From NCBI RefSeq assembly GCF_009914755.1, contig NC_060927.1: a DNA stretch of 64,000 nt; one strand, 5' to 3'. A model generated the notes under the pieces. That model did not search any database and was not told where the DNA came from. It worked only from the letters and a program-made list of their open reading frames with translations. This document shows, piece by piece, positions 9,133-25,492 of this stretch. Within the stretch, counting starts at the first letter, position 1. Every line of letters begins with the position of its first letter. The DNA comes from the human T2T-CHM13v2.0 reference genome, Homo sapiens. The position numbers were made by a program, and so were the translations under genes.

Positions 9133-10379
9133 AATTTCCACTGGGAGAAGCCAGAGTTTCCCACTTCAGCAGGTGCGGTGACCACCTGGCCCAGGGCATC
9201 ATCTCTTCCTCCTGTCTGGCCCCTGCTTCCCCTCTCCTGCCATCTCCCCATGCCTCCCTGCCCAGGGGTGGGCAGTAGGGCAGGGTGGGGTGGGAATCTG
9301 TTGTAACCAGGAAGGGAATTGCCCCCAGGCCAAGAGAGTTTGTAGCCTGGGGTACCGTCACCAACAGCCCGGGACCTGGCAGCTGGGCCCTGCCCTAGAG
9401 TCCTTCTGCAGCAGGGCTCTCCTCCCGAGGGGCTGTGAATGTTTCCCCAGGGTGCGGCTAAGCCAGAGCCCAGAGGTTTGCCCCTAGGTCATGGATTCCC
9501 CAGGTCACTCGCCTCCTATAGGCTTTAGTGAAGGAGGCACTGAGGGGAGGATGGCTCTTCCCCTGCAAGGAAACGAGCCCCAGGGAAGGCATTCCTGCTC
9601 TGGGGACTGCCTCCCTCCCCCACATGAGAGCCAGCCACTGCAGAAGCTTGACCAAGCTGACCTTGATCTCTGCCAGAGAGGCTGAAAGAACATCCAGCCC
9701 CACCTGTGGTCCCCTCCCGCCTCAGGCTAGGCTACATCTAGGCCTGCCAGGGAGACTGGTCTCCTCACGAGCCCCCTCGCACAGATGTCTAGATGTCCAG
9801 AGTCACAACAGAACACACACAGGGTTAAAAACTATATACTGAAGCAGGCCAAGCTGAAAGCTGGTGCCTCCCCAGGACACGACCCAGCCATGGGGAGCAG
9901 GCTTAGGTTCATTTTTGCTGAGTCTGCAATCAAATCAAGAAGCCTCATTTCTTTGGCTTTGTGGTCTCAGCACCAAGCACTTAGGAGGTGCGTTTGTGGA
10001 ACCTCCTGTCTGGCCTCTAATTCTGGCATGGGTCTGTGCTTGTCATTCAATCCTACTGGCTGGCTAGACCACCTTGCCTTGGCCCCTCCTGTTAGGAATC
10101 AGATTGACTGTCTCATCAGAATATTGTTGAATCGGGGAGAGTCTCATACCCCAGGTAGTAGGCAGTGACCTCTGCATGGTACAGTCCTTGTCAGGACCTT
10201 TGTCCTCCTTGGCCAGGCTCCAGCTCTGAGCTGGCATTTTCACTATCTCAGGTGCTGGTGTGTAAACACTGTGGTTTCCTTCTGGGTCCTCTTCTCAAGG
10301 TTTTCCTCTGCATCTTGCTGGTCGGGAATTGCAGCAACACTTAAAATATTCCTGAGTGTGAAGGTTCTTTCAGCAAACA

Positions 10380-11110
10380 CTATTCATTCATTTATTCAAT
10401 AAATATTTATTGAGCTTCTACTCCATGTGTCAAGCACTGTTCGAGTTGCTGAACAGTTACTACAGTGCACAAAACAAGAAAATTCCTGTCTTCAGGGTTC
10501 CGATTTCAGTGAGGAAAGCCAGACAATAATGGTGATAAATAGAGATCATATGTTGTGTGTTCTATTGGAAATGTGCTCAGGAGAAAGATCGAGCTGGGGT
10601 GGGTGGTGTTGGCATGTTAGGTAGAGTGGAAGCAAAGGCTTAAAAGAAGTGGGTGAGTGAGCTGTGTGTGCAACTGGGAACAGCCGGCCTGGCCCTAGGG
10701 CTCAGCCAGTGCAAAGACCTGGAGGTCTGCAGGTGCCTGGCTCATTGGGGGAATGGCGAGGAGGCTGGCGTGGCTGAGGGGGAGCCGGCGGAGGGTAAGA
10801 GGAGGCAAGGACTCAGAGGTCAAGAGAGCAGGAGTTCGCACAGGGCTCTGGAGTACTCCGCTTTTTACACCGGCAGGGAAGCCTCTTCTGAGCAGAAGAA
10901 GAATGCAATCGGGGACCTGAAGCCCTCTGGATGCTGCATGGGCCAGGGACCCAGGAGCGGGTAGGTGGAGGGAGGGAGCCCAGAGAGGCCACTGCAAGGA
11001 TCCAGGCCAGTGATGACAGTGGCAGGACCAGAGGGGTTGCAGCAGGGGTGGGGGGAAGGGCTGGGTTCCGGACGTCCCTTGAAAGTGGGGCCAACGGCAC
11101 TTGCTGACAA
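10380..11110 (-). mobile_element. L2 LINE 3' part (L2a-like)
   Basis: attcattcatttattcaataaatatttattgagc..tgtcaagcactgtt is the L2 3' end, followed by typical L2 body sequence. Confidence 0.75.
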
Positions 11111-11319
11111 TTATCCATTAGACATCACCATGGCACTGCTGTTCCCATGGCTGTCACATCAGGTCCCCACGTTTGTCCTAGCAGCTGTCATTTCACACAG
11201 GGTCGGTGCTTTCTGTGTGTGTGGCCGAGCCTCAGCCGTCTTGCCCACTTGGTTCCTACCACCCCCGGAGCCAACTAATGAAAGGCCCCCTGAACTCTGC
11301 TCAGAATTCAGTTAAATGG

Positions 11320-11788
11320 TTACCAGTCATTATTCTGGAGGTCACAAGATTTACAACTTTCCCAATTCACTATTATAGAACCTAAGACTGGCCTTTTGAG
11401 ATGCAACCCTTTCATTTCAACCAAAAATCCTTTCAGATTTTTGCATTTCTGACAACCGGATGGTCCCACCTGGACCCCTGACTGTTGGCTCAACCAGTCC
11501 TGTGGCCCCACCAGGAAGCAGATTCAGTGCAAAAAGAGCATTTCTCACACCCCTATGACTGCATCCCCAACCGGTCAGCAGCACCCATTCCTCTAGCCCC
11601 CGCCCACCAAACCACCCTGGAAAAACCCCAACCTCCACATTTTCAGGGAGATTGATTTGAGCAGCAACTCCATCTCCCAGGTGGCATGGTCAGCCTCACA
11701 TCAGTTGAACTCTTTATTGCAATGCCACAGTGTCAATGAATTGGTTTTGTCTGTGCAGTGGGCAGGAAGACCCCATCAGGCAATTACA
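11320..11788 (+). mobile_element. ERV1 LTR, LTR8 family (5'-truncated)
   Basis: gaggtcacaagattt..gaacctaagactggccttttgagat..tttgcatttctgacaaccggatgg..gattgatttgag; ends in ..caattaca. Confidence 0.75.
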
Positions 11789-11810
11789 AACCTATGAAGG
11801 AAGGTCAAGG

Positions 11811-12710
11811 TGAGAGGTGAAGCCAGCTGGACTTCCTGGGTCGAGTGGGGACTTGCAGAACTTTTCTGTCTAGTTAGAGGATTGTAAAAACGCACCAATC
11901 AGCGCTCTGTGTCTAGCTAAAGGTTTGTAGATGCACCAATCAGCACTCTGTAGAAACACACCAATCAGCGCTCTGTGTCTAGCTAAAAGCTTGTAGACGC
12001 ACCAATCAGCACTCTGTAAAAACGCACCAATCAGTGCTCTGTGTCTAGCTAAAGGTTTGTAAACGCACCAATCAGCACTCTGTAAAATGGACCAATCAGC
12101 ACTCTGTAAAATGGACCAATCAGCAGGATGTGGGTGGGGCCAGATAAGGGAATAACAGCTGGCCACCTGAGCCAGTAGAGGCACCCTGCTGGGGTTGCCT
12201 TCTACACTGTGGAATCTTTGTTCTTTCACTCTTCACGATAAATCTTGCTGCTGCTTACTCTTTGGGTCCACACTACCTTTATGAGCTGTAACTCTCACTG
12301 CGAGGGTCTGTGGCTTCACTCCTGAAGTCAGCGAGACCACGAACCCACTGGAAGGAACAAACAACTCGGGACGCGCCACCTTTAAGAGCTGTAACACTCA
12401 CTGTGAAGGTCTGCGGCTTCACTCCTGAAGTCAGCGAGACTATGAACCCGCTGGAAGGAACAAACAACTCCGGACCTCCACCTTTAAGAGCTGTAACACT
12501 CACTGTGAAGGTCTGCAGCTTCACTCCTGAAGTCAGTGAGACCATGAACCCACCGAAAGGAAGAAACTCCGGACACATCTGAACATCTGAAGTAACAAAC
12601 TCCGGACACACCATCTTTAAGAACTGTAACACTCACCGCGAGGGTCTGAGGCTTCATTCTTGAAGTCAGCCAGACTGAGAACCCACCGGAAGGAACCAAT
12701 TCCAGACACA
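11811..12710 (+). mobile_element. Solo ERV9 LTR (LTR12, LTR12F-like)
   Basis: tgagaggtgaagccagctggacttcctgggtcg start, 8 caccaatcagc/gaccaatcagc U3 repeats, U5 tandem repeats, TG..CA termini, and a 4-bp TSD aagg at 11807-11810 and 12711-12714. Confidence 0.95.
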
Positions 12711-13014
12711 AAGGTTTTCTGATTACCATTCTGATGCTTACCAGCCTCCCAACTTAAAAAAACAAACAAACAAAAACAAAACAAAAAAAACCAACCAGTA
12801 TGCACAATTTTGCAAGGCAAAGTGGGAAGAAAAAATAATTCCATACCCTTTGGCCCAGTAAAACTGCTTCGAAAACCAAGGAGAAAAAGGCCAGGGGTAG
12901 AAAGGGGTTCACTATAGCATTGTTTGCCAATGCAAAGATAAAATGAGTCTCAAAATGGGAAACATAAATTGTCCTGTGGTGAGCTCTACGGGAGAAATCA
13001 ATTTAAGACATCAT

Positions 13015-13260
13015 CGCTCAGTCACCCAACATTTTTTGAATGCTAATTCTATGGCAGGCCCTGGCATCTGTGTGGCGGAAACACAGATCGACAAGACTCA
13101 GGCCCCTCCCCTGCAAAAAGGTCACCGAATTGTCAGAATTAGGCTAAGTGTCAGAGTTAGACTACAGCATCACAAACTGTCTTGCAAAATGCTGCTGGGG
13201 AGGTGCAGAGAGAGAAGAGCCAGTAACGGAGGCGCAGTCTGGGAAAGCTCCCAGCAGGGG
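13015..13260 (-). mobile_element. L2 fragment
   Basis: ctcagtcacccaacattttttgaatgctaattctatggcaggccctgg resembles the L2 3' end. Confidence 0.5.
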
Positions 13261-13700
13261 TCTGATTGATGGGTGGTGAAGAACTAATGAAATTCCCCAG
13301 GAGGAACAGGTGTGTAGGGGGGCGCCGGCAGAAAAGGAGGGGAAAAGCAACAAAGAGAAACAAGATGTGAAGTGGGAAAAAGGCAAAGAACAAACAGTTC
13401 CAACCTACAATGACAACTGTAGAGAAGTTCCATGCAATCTCTGTATTGTTTTATTTGCCAAGAGCACTATAACTTTCGATTCATGGTTTGCATTAGCAAA
13501 ATACTGTCAATACATCTAAATCCATCAGAGGAGTGGCTAACTCAGCTCTAGCACATCTGTACTATGGAGCCACTGAGGGAAGAATGCATAGTTCTATAGG
13601 AGCTCATGTGAATTGATCTCCAGAATATATTAAATCAAGAGGAAAGTAAAGGACAGTGTGACTAGAATAAGCATATGTGTATGTGATTGATGTCTATTTC

Positions 13701-14000
<300 letters not shown>

Positions 14001-14845
14001 TGTAATGGGTGTCTATTTCTTAGTTTTACTTACATCCTTCTGTGTTTCTGAAAGTACACACAAAAACAAGATGGTGTTTGCTCCTGAAGGAATCAGATGG
14101 GGTTAGATGAATGATTATGTTTACCCTTTGGAACCGCTTATTCTTCTAGAATTTTAATTGTGCATATATTTCACCTGCTGAAATTGATCCACAGTTCTTG
14201 AAACTTTTGTTCTTTGTTTAGTTCCCTTTCTTTTTTCTCTTTGCATTTCGGTTTGGTATGTTTCTGTTCACCTACATTCAAGGTCACTGATGCTTTCCTT
14301 GGTTGTGTTCAGTCTACAGGTGAGCCCTATCAAAGGCAACTTCATCTCTGTTAGTGTTTTTCATTCCCAGCATTTTCTTTTTATTCCTTTTTAGAGTTTC
14401 TATCCCTCTGCTTGCATTACCCATCTGTTCTTGTCTGTTGTCTACATTTTCCGTTAGAGGCCTTCACGTATTAATCATACTTCTTTTAAATTTCCTATCT
14501 GGTAATTCCAACATCTGTGTTGAGTCTGGTTCTAATGATTGTTCTTCAGACTGTGTTTTTCGCTTGCCTTTTAGCTTGCCTTGTAACATTTTGGTCAAAG
14601 TAGGGCATATTGTGTCAGAAAATGGGAACTAAGGCATATAGGCCTTTAGAGTGAGGTTTTTATGTTAATTTAGCTCGCAGTTGGGCTGTGTTTAATTTCT
14701 GCTGTAGCTGCAGCTGCCAGAGGCTTCACATGCTTCTTGGTTCTCTCTTCTCTGTTGTCTTTGGGCTTTGCTAGGCACCCTGCCCGCTTCAGATCAAGTC
14801 TGTATCTTGCACCTTTTTGGATGTAATTCACGATTATTATCCTGA

Positions 14846-15209
<364 letters not shown>

Positions 15210-15903
15210 CCTCGAATCTCAGTCTTTTAGTGGGCCTGTGTGCCTAGGCTGTGACCTTCACACGTGTTTCTCCCTCTACTCTTTTAGGTGAGACAGGAAG
15301 GGTGAGGCAGCTAGAGTCAGAGAGCTGCACTTCCTCCAGGTGGAATAAGGCTCTGAATGGCCCCTGGAGAGTAAGCCTTTGCCATACACAATGCTCTGGG
15401 CAATTTTACTATGGTTACTCTTCTCCTTCCCCTGCCAAAGCAAAGAGGAAATCTTTCCTGGCTCTTCACCATGAGAACCTGGTAAGTAAAACCCACTCTA
15501 AGACTGTGGCCCTGAGGAGCTTCTCAACCCCGTGCTAGTCCACACTTGGCCTTTAGCAATTCATCAGAATTACTGTTTCAACATCTCTACCACCTTATAG
15601 CTCCAGCAGCTTCTGTTCCAGGGAAGCAGATCTCAGGTGTGACTCTGTATTCATCTATCTCTACAGATTTCGGGCAGCAGGTACAGTTTGTCCTGAGATT
15701 TCAGTTCTTTAATGGGCTTAAGAAAAGTCACTGGTTTTTGGTTTGCTGAGCCTCTTCTTGTTGTATGGACAGCAGCGATGACTTCCAGGCTCTTCACGCA
15801 GTGGAGCTAAGGCTGAAATTCTGTTTTGTAGTTTTCAGCATACATATCTTGGACATGTTATGTTAGATTTCTACCTAAGAGTTTTGTTCGTTTTGTTTTT
15901 TAA

Positions 15904-16376
<473 letters not shown>

Positions 16377-16408
16377 AACTTTATTTTCTATGTAGAAAAA
16401 TCACTAAG

Positions 16409-16692
16409 AGGCCAAGCGTGTGGTTCATGCCTGTAACCCCAGCACTTTGGGAAGCTGAGGCAGGAAGACTGCTCAAACCCAGGAGTTTGAGACCAGCCTG
16501 AGCAACATAGTAAGACCCCATCTCCACAAAAAAATTTAAAAATTAATTGAGTGTGGTGTGTGCTGTAGTCCCAGCTACTTGGGATGATCGCTTGAGCCTA
16601 GAAGATTGTGGCTACAGTAAGCTGTGATGGCACCACTGTACTCTAGCCTGGGTGACACAGTGAAATCCTGTCTCAAAGAAAAGAAAAGAAAA
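16409..16692 (+). mobile_element. AluJ
   Basis: Dimeric Alu with A-rich tail. Confidence 0.9.
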
Positions 16693-17459
16693 ATCAAATA
16701 ATCTGTGAATGGGTCCAATTTTATTTCTTCCTTTCCAACATCTGTGACTTATATTTCTTTCCCTGTCTTATTATACTGTCTAGGACTTCCAGTATAAAGT
16801 TGAATAGAAGTAGTGAGAGTGGGCATTCTTGCCTTATTCTGGATCTTAGGGGGAAAGCTTTCAGTCTCCCTAAACCTTATGTGTGATGTCAGTTGTAGGC
16901 TTTTTTGTAGATGTCCATTATCAGGTTGGGGAAACTGCACATTTTAGTTGTGAATGGATATTGCGTTTCGTCCAATTCGTTTTCTGCATAAACTGGTATG
17001 ATCATGTGGTTTCTCTTCCTTTATTCCTGATGTCTCAGTTTTCCTACTGGTGTGATTCCCTTCTGTCTGAAGAAATTCCTTAAGCAATTCTCTTAGACCA
17101 GGTTTTCTGGCAATGAATTCTCTTTGTGTTATTTGAGAATGTCTTTATCTCATCTTAATTTCTGAGAGTTATTTTTACTGGGTAAAGAATTCAAGATTGA
17201 CAGTTTTTTCTTCCAGGACTTTAAGTATGATGAGACTCTGGTCTCATGTATTGAATGTAACCCCATTTCTTCATGTGTAGAATCCATAAAGTAAGAGTAA
17301 GGTCACAGGGCTAGCAGACAAAGTATTTCTGTTCCCACCCTTATACTTTAAGAAATGTGTCCATTTGGTGACTTTCTGCTACACATAAGAGATCTGGACT
17401 CAATGTAACTTCATATAAACTCAGAAGTAAAGTAGGCTTCTGAGGACTGCATTTTGAAA

Positions 17460-18263
17460 AATGTTCAGGGCTCTGGTTCCATTTTTCTATTCATCTGTAG
17501 ATTCTACCCTCCTCTGGCTTAGCTTCTTGGTCTCAAGATGGTTGCTGGTGGCAACTGAAGCAGCATGTGTCCTCACCCAAGTCCAGTAGGATAGAACAAA
17601 GCTCCCTCCACCCTCCTGATTGCCTTCAGCCTGATTGGGTCACATGCACACCCCTGGACCAATAATAGTTGACAAGAGAATGACATGCACTGATTGGCTT
17701 GAACTTGGGTACTTGAACCAATCAATGGCAAGGTGGACTGTCTTAGTCTAATAGACCCTCTCCTAGAGCTTACCCTGCTATTGGCTTACCCCGTCTGCAT
17801 GGGACAGGTGGAGTAAATCCCTTGGACAAAAGCAAGATTTGCTAGTAAGGAGGAAGCAAGGAACAGTGGTGGAAATGGATAGTGGGTTGGTGGGTCAGAG
17901 ATAATGTGTGTTTACCGCACTATTTTCTTCTTTCTGGGTACCCAGGAAGACTACATTTCCCAGTTAGGTTGGGACCCTGTGATTAAGATCTGACCAAGAG
18001 GGATGGGGAGAGGTGATGTAAACCTCTTCTGGGCATCACTTTTAAAAACATCTTGTGTTCTTTTCCAGCACTCTTTTTCTGTGGAGTAAGAGAGTTCTTA
18101 CTCTTCCACAGTTAAGTTGGCATAGGTTCAGTATGGGGGAAGATTATCTGAGCTGCATGGAACTGAGATGTGAGTGAGAAATAAACTTTTATGACATTAA
18201 GCCTCTGAGATTTGGAAGTTTATTTATTACTGTAGCAAAGCACCGCTTATCTGGATCAATACA
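17460..18263. mobile_element. Two MaLR MLT1-type LTR fragments (~17460-17900 minus, ~17925-18263 plus)
   Basis: tgattgggtcacatgcacacccctggaccaat; gagaaataaacttttatgacattaagcctctgagatttggaagtttatttattac. Confidence 0.55.
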
Positions 18264-18268
18264 GTACA

Positions 18269-18448
18269 GCAGTGGTTTTCAAAATGTAGTACTCAAACCA
18301 GCTGCATCAGGCCTTGCCTGGGACCATTTACATGCAAATCCTCTTATTCCCACCACAGACAGTTGAAATGGAATCTCTAGGGGTGGGGCCTGGCACTCTG
18401 CAAGCCCTGCAGGCAATTCTGAAACATGCTAAAGTTTGAGAACCACTA
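18269..18448. mobile_element. MER5A (hAT-Charlie)
   Basis: cagtggttttcaaa...aagtttgagaaccact terminal inverted repeats. Confidence 0.8.
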
Positions 18449-19272
18449 ATTTAGGGAATCAACAGTGTTGGGAATCACTTTCTGGTCTTCTCAGGTGCTG
18501 TGGAGTGAGTGCCATGTTCCTCTTCTCCTCTTCCCTCTGTTGAGCCCAGCGCTGGTTGTTGTAGAACCTGGAAGCCTGACTGCATCAGCCAAGATGCCGT
18601 TTCTGCCCCTACCACAAATACCTGTGCCCATACAGCTATGACGTGCTTTACTTCTTGTCCGGCTGCAGCTTCTGCAGCCCACGTTCAAACTGCTCTCCCC
18701 TTTGCTGGCTCTGATGTGCTTCTCCAGTGAGCCTATGTGGCCGAGGTCCCCTCCCCACCACCAGTAGTAGCTGTTACATAAGTGGCTTGAACCCATCACT
18801 CCCCTCTCTATAAAAATTGTAACTAATAACCTGTGAGTCCACCCTGAGGTCCTATAATTCCTGTCTACAGCAGAGAAGCCTGATGTTTTTTATTGCTCTG
18901 GGAAGGCTTTTGGAAGGTAAGATAATGAGTTTTATTAGGAAATATTGCAAGTAATCAGAGAATTTTAAAAATTGTGTTTGGCATCTGCCGGGGTCCTGAG
19001 ACTCCGAGCTAGGAGGAGTACTGGATCCAGTCCTACCCATCCTCAACCCCAAGATGAAACCACTGAGGTACAGGGGGTGTGTGGGCCTCCCACTTCCTCT
19101 AAACTTAGCACCAGTGACTTTCACAGTATTTGACCTTTAATGATCAACATGCTATCTTTTTTTAATGATGTGGTAAGTTTAGGCAATTACAAACATTCTT
19201 TTATTTATCATTATGGTAAGAATATACATAACATAAAATTTACCATTTTAACCGTTTAAAAAATATATTTTT

Positions 19273-19520
19273 CGCCAGGCATGATGGCTCATACCTGTAA
19301 TCCCAGCACTTTGGAAGGGTGAAGCTAGCGGATTGCTTGAGCTCAGGAGTTCAAGACCAGCCTGGGTAACATGGCAAAACCCTGTCTCTACAAAAAATAC
19401 AAAAATTAGCCAGGCACGGTCGTGCACGCCTGTGGTCCCAGCTACTCAGGAGGCTGAGGTAGGAGGATTGCACCACTGCACTTCAGCCTGGGAAAGAGAG
19501 GAAGACCCTGTCTCAGAAAT
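19273..19520 (+). mobile_element. AluJ with an internal right-arm deletion
   Basis: aggaggattg is joined directly to caccactgcac. Confidence 0.9.
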
Positions 19521-19554
19521 TTTTTTTAATGTATTTAATTAATTAATTGATTGA

Positions 19555-19797
19555 TTGTAGAAACAGGTCTCACTTTGTTGCCCAGCTTGGTCTTAAACTC
19601 CTAGGCTCAATGAGTCTTCCACCTCAGCCTCCCAAAGTGCTGGGATTATGGGCATGAGCCAATATGCTTGGCCTTTTTTAAGAGAAGAGTTCAGTCTATG
19701 TTGCTCAGGCTGGCCTTGAACTCCTTGGCTCGAGCAATCCTCCTATCTCAGCCTCCAGAGTAGCTAGGACTACAGGCATGCCCCACTGCACCCAGCT
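19555..19797 (-). mobile_element. Two Alu monomer/FLAM fragments
   Basis: Left-arm-like segments at ~19555-19673 and ~19675-19797. Confidence 0.8.
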
Positions 19798-21280
19798 CAT
19801 TTTAACCATTTTTACGTGTACAGTTCAGTGGCATTAAGTATATTCACAGTATTGTACAACCATCATCATCCATCTCCAGTACTTTTTTATCTTCCCAAAC
19901 TGCAATTCTGTACTCATGAAACACCAACTCACTATTCCCGGCTCTCCCCAGCCCTGGGTGACCACTATTCTAACTTTCTGCCTCTATGAATCTGAGTACT
20001 CTGGGTACACAAATAAGTGGAATCATACAATATTTGTTCTTCTGTGACTGGTTTATTTCACTTAGCATAATGTCATCAAAGTTCATCTGTGTTGTAGCAT
20101 GGGTCGGAATTTCTTTCTGTTTTAAGGCTGAATCGTGTTCCATTGTATGCAGAGACCACATTTTGTTTATCCATTCATCTGTGAATGGACACCTGGCTTG
20201 CTTCTACCTTTTGGCAATTGTGAATAATGTTGCTGTGAATATAGGTATACAAATATCCTTTTGGCTTTTAGTTTTTTTAAATATACATACCCCCCAGCAG
20301 TGGAGTTGCTGGATCATATGGTAATTGCATATTTACTTTTTTGAGGAAACACCGTACTTACTATCTGTCTTTTTAATAGTAGCCATAATAGTGGGTGTGA
20401 TGTTGTATCTCATTGTGGCTTTAATTTGCATTTCTCCATTGGCAAAGGGTTTTTAATTTTATCCAGAATTTTTATCTAAGAGTTTTATAGTTTTAGCTCT
20501 TACATTTTGGACTTTGATCCATTTTGGGGTAATTTTTGTATATCGTAAGGTAGAGTCTCAACTTCGTTCTTCTGCAAGTAGATAGCTAGTTGCCCTAGCA
20601 ACATTTATTGAAAAGACTATTCTTCATTGAATTACTCTGGCACCATTGTCAAAAACAATTGGCCTTAGATGTAAGAGTTTATTTCTGGACTGTCAATTCT
20701 TTTCCATTGATCTATATGTCCATCCTTATGCCAGTACCACACTGCCTTGATTTCTGTACCTTTGTCTATTCTGGCTTACCTGAATTTCCATATGAATTTT
20801 AGGATCAACTTTTCAATTTCTACAAAGAAGCCAGCTTGAAATTCGATAGAGATTTCATTGAATCCGTGGATGAATTGAGGGAGTCCTGATTATTTAGTCC
20901 AGTTTATGTTGTGGTTGAAGCAGGCACAGAAAGAATGAGGAAGACTTCCCTGAGTCTCCGAGGCGACTCTTGAGACACCTCTGTCAAATAGACACTTTCT
21001 ATTTGAAGCACAAATAGAAGTTAGTTAGGAGAAGGGCAGGGGAAGAGAGGAACATTCAAGCCCGATGAATAAGATTGTATGGAGCCTGGGGTGGGTGAGT
21101 GTGCTTGAGTGAGATGCAGAGTTAGACTAAGAGATGAGGGACATAGAAAGAGATGAGGAACAGAGAGACAGACCAGGGGACCCCACATGCAGGGAGAGAT
21201 TTAGGGGGGTGGTGGGAGAGAGGGAGATGGGAGAGAGATAGAAGAGGGATAAGGGAGACGAGACACAAGGCAGAGAGAGG

Positions 21281-21686
21281 CCTAGTCCATTTGCGTTGCT
21301 ATAAAGGAAGACCTGAGGGTGGGTAATTTATAAAGAACAAAGGTTAATTTGGCTCACAGCTCTTCAGGCTGTACAAGAAGCATGGCGCCAGCATCTGCTT
21401 CTGGCAGGGGCCTCAGGCTGCTTCCACTCATGGCAGAAGGGGAAGGGGAGCTGGTGTGTACAGATCACCTGGTGAGAAAGGAACACAGAGAGGCTCTTCA
21501 ACAACCAGTTCTCACGGAACTAAGATCAAACACTCACACCCTCCAGTGAGGATGGCACCAAGCCATTCATGAGGGATCTGCCCCATGATCCCAACACCTC
21601 CTACCAGGCCCCACCTCCAACACAGGGGGTCAAATTTAACATGAGCCTTGGTGGGGGCCAAACAAACCACATCCAAACCCTAGCAC
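21281..21686 (-). mobile_element. MaLR LTR, MSTB-like
   Basis: tagtccatttgcgttgctataaaggaa..ggtaatttataaagaa..catggcagaagg..cccacctccaaca. Confidence 0.85.
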
Positions 21687-22337
21687 ACAGAGAGAGACTG
21701 AGGGAAAGAATGGGGCTGAGGCCCTAAGGAAATGCAAATAGCTCAGTTCTGTGGAGTAAGTGGCAAGAGATGAGGGAAAAACTGGATCCTGAAGGACTTC
21801 TGAAAACAGAAGAAGTCATTTTCCCAGTTTCTGGAGTCAGGACTCCATTTGTTACCCTGTCTCCATGTGCCCCCACTCTAACAGGGGAGGCTGACACTTC
21901 ATTTAACAATGTCAGCTCAGACCTTCTAATGGTCCTCAAAATATGTGTGCATTCACTTTTCCCCAGAGAACAGTTACCAGAGTAAGTGGTCACAAGTCCC
22001 TTTAGGGGAGGGCTGAGGGCGTCATTGCCATGTATGCTGGCCATGGGCTTGCCAGGCTCCTTCCTCCTGGGGACCCAGCCTCCTTTTAAAACAGTTGAAT
22101 TCTAGGTCCAAAAACTGGCCGCAGTGTAGAACTGAGCAAGGGATTATGCTCATTCTTGGGACAATTGCCTTGAGCCTCCAGCTCATCCCTCCTTCGTTTC
22201 CTTTGATGGTACCAGCTGCCCATCTATTTTGCCCTGGGCCATTGTGCACTATTAACCAGCTCTGTGGGTCAAGCCCTCTTGGCTGCCACTCCAACTGCTG
22301 TTCATTATGATAATTGTCTCCACCTGCCTTCTGGTGA

Positions 22338-22775
<438 letters not shown>

Positions 22776-22904
22776 TAGTGATGCCAATGCCCCTCTTACT
22801 ATCCCATTCTTTATGGCCTTAGCAGACGGTGTATCTTCCAGGCTGTCCCATGGAACATAATCCTCTGGTGGATCTTTTTGTCCCACCTTTGGAGTCAAAC
22901 TGAA

Positions 22905-23139
22905 ATATTGACCCTTCCTGGGTCTCAAGCCTGCTGGCTTTCGGATTCCACGACACCATTGGCCCTCCTGGGTCTCCAGCTTGCCGACTGCGGATCTTAG
23001 GACTTGACAGCTACCGTGGTCACATAAGCCAATTCTGTATAATTAGTCGATCTCTGTCTCTCCATATACATATTCTCAAACACAAACACACCCACACATC
23101 CTATTGGTTCTGTTTCTCTGGAGAACCCTGGCTAATATA
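22905..23139 (+). mobile_element. MLT2-type (ERVL) LTR 3' part
   Basis: cctgggtctccagcttgccgactgc..cctattggttctgtttctctggagaaccctggctaata. Confidence 0.8.
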
Positions 23140-23596
23140 GATCCACCTCTTAGAGCGTTTCAGTCACTTCCTCTATGATCTTCAGTGGCAGTTGCAGCTT
23201 CACCTAGCATGGGCCACCACTTTTCCCATGCTTTTAGGAACCACCCTAGGGTAGACTTTGCACCATCTCCTGGTGTTCTTTGCCAGGGTGTTAACTCCTG
23301 TGTCTTGGGAGTGTGCTCAGAAATCAATCAGCTCTCCCGAGTGCAATCTTATGTTCTTGGTCATAAGCTCCCTTGATCAAGCATCCTCCGAATCCAGTCC
23401 TACTGTGTCCCCGGCTCCTGCAGACACATGCTCTCCAGGTCTTAGAGTCTTTGGCGGTACAGTCCCTTTTCTTCCTGCCTAGGCCCAGCATTTCACCTAG
23501 TTAGAGGCCTAGTGGCCAGTAGAGGAGGTGGGGACAGATCCTGAGGACAGCATCTGTTGTCTTGGGGAGAAGTCTCTCTATTATTTTCTTTTGTAC

Positions 23597-23888
<292 letters not shown>

Positions 23889-24269
23889 ATCTCCATTATT
23901 TTCAAGCAAGAAGGGGAGTGTTGGTTCTTAATAAGGAGGGCTGGGCTACTTCTGCTGATTCAGGGCTTCTTCGGGAGTTCTGGACAGCATATCCCCGTCC
24001 TGTGTCAGGGACCCATTTTTTAACCGGGACCTGACCTTGGCATTCAGATCTAGCTTGATTGAAGACTTAATCTTCTCTGGAGCTTGGCCACTCTGACTGT
24101 GACGTCTGGGTCTGGTCCTAGGCTCCCTGCCTCCTGCCAAGTTGATGAGAGCCTCTTTTGTATTTTTGGGAGGTTCTTTGGCTTTGTTTGTGGGCTTTAA
24201 TTGCCTATTGATCCAGCAGCTTTTCATGATCTTTCCCTAAGGCGTCAATGGCATTACGCAGTAACCATC

Positions 24270-24997
<728 letters not shown>

Positions 24998-25145
24998 TGT
25001 TATAAATCTTTAAGAAAGAAAGAACTAAGATGGAGAGCAACTACGGGCCAGGCACTTTAGGAAATTTCTTGTTGGTTAAGTTAGAACAACCCTAAAAGCC
25101 CTTCATTACTTTTTCTAATTTTAGAAAGGAGGAAACTAAAGCTCA

Positions 25146-25492
<347 letters not shown>

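Larger units (their letters stand above)
19200..20880 (-). mobile_element. L1MB 3' region interrupted by Alus
   Basis: aatatacataacataaaatttaccattttaacc..gtacagttcagtggcattaagta..ggaatcatacaatatttg. Confidence 0.8.

Noticed and set aside
11870-12844. Repetitive ORFs (LQSADW.., VTALKGG..)
   Set aside because: Translations of LTR12 U3/U5 tandem repeats.
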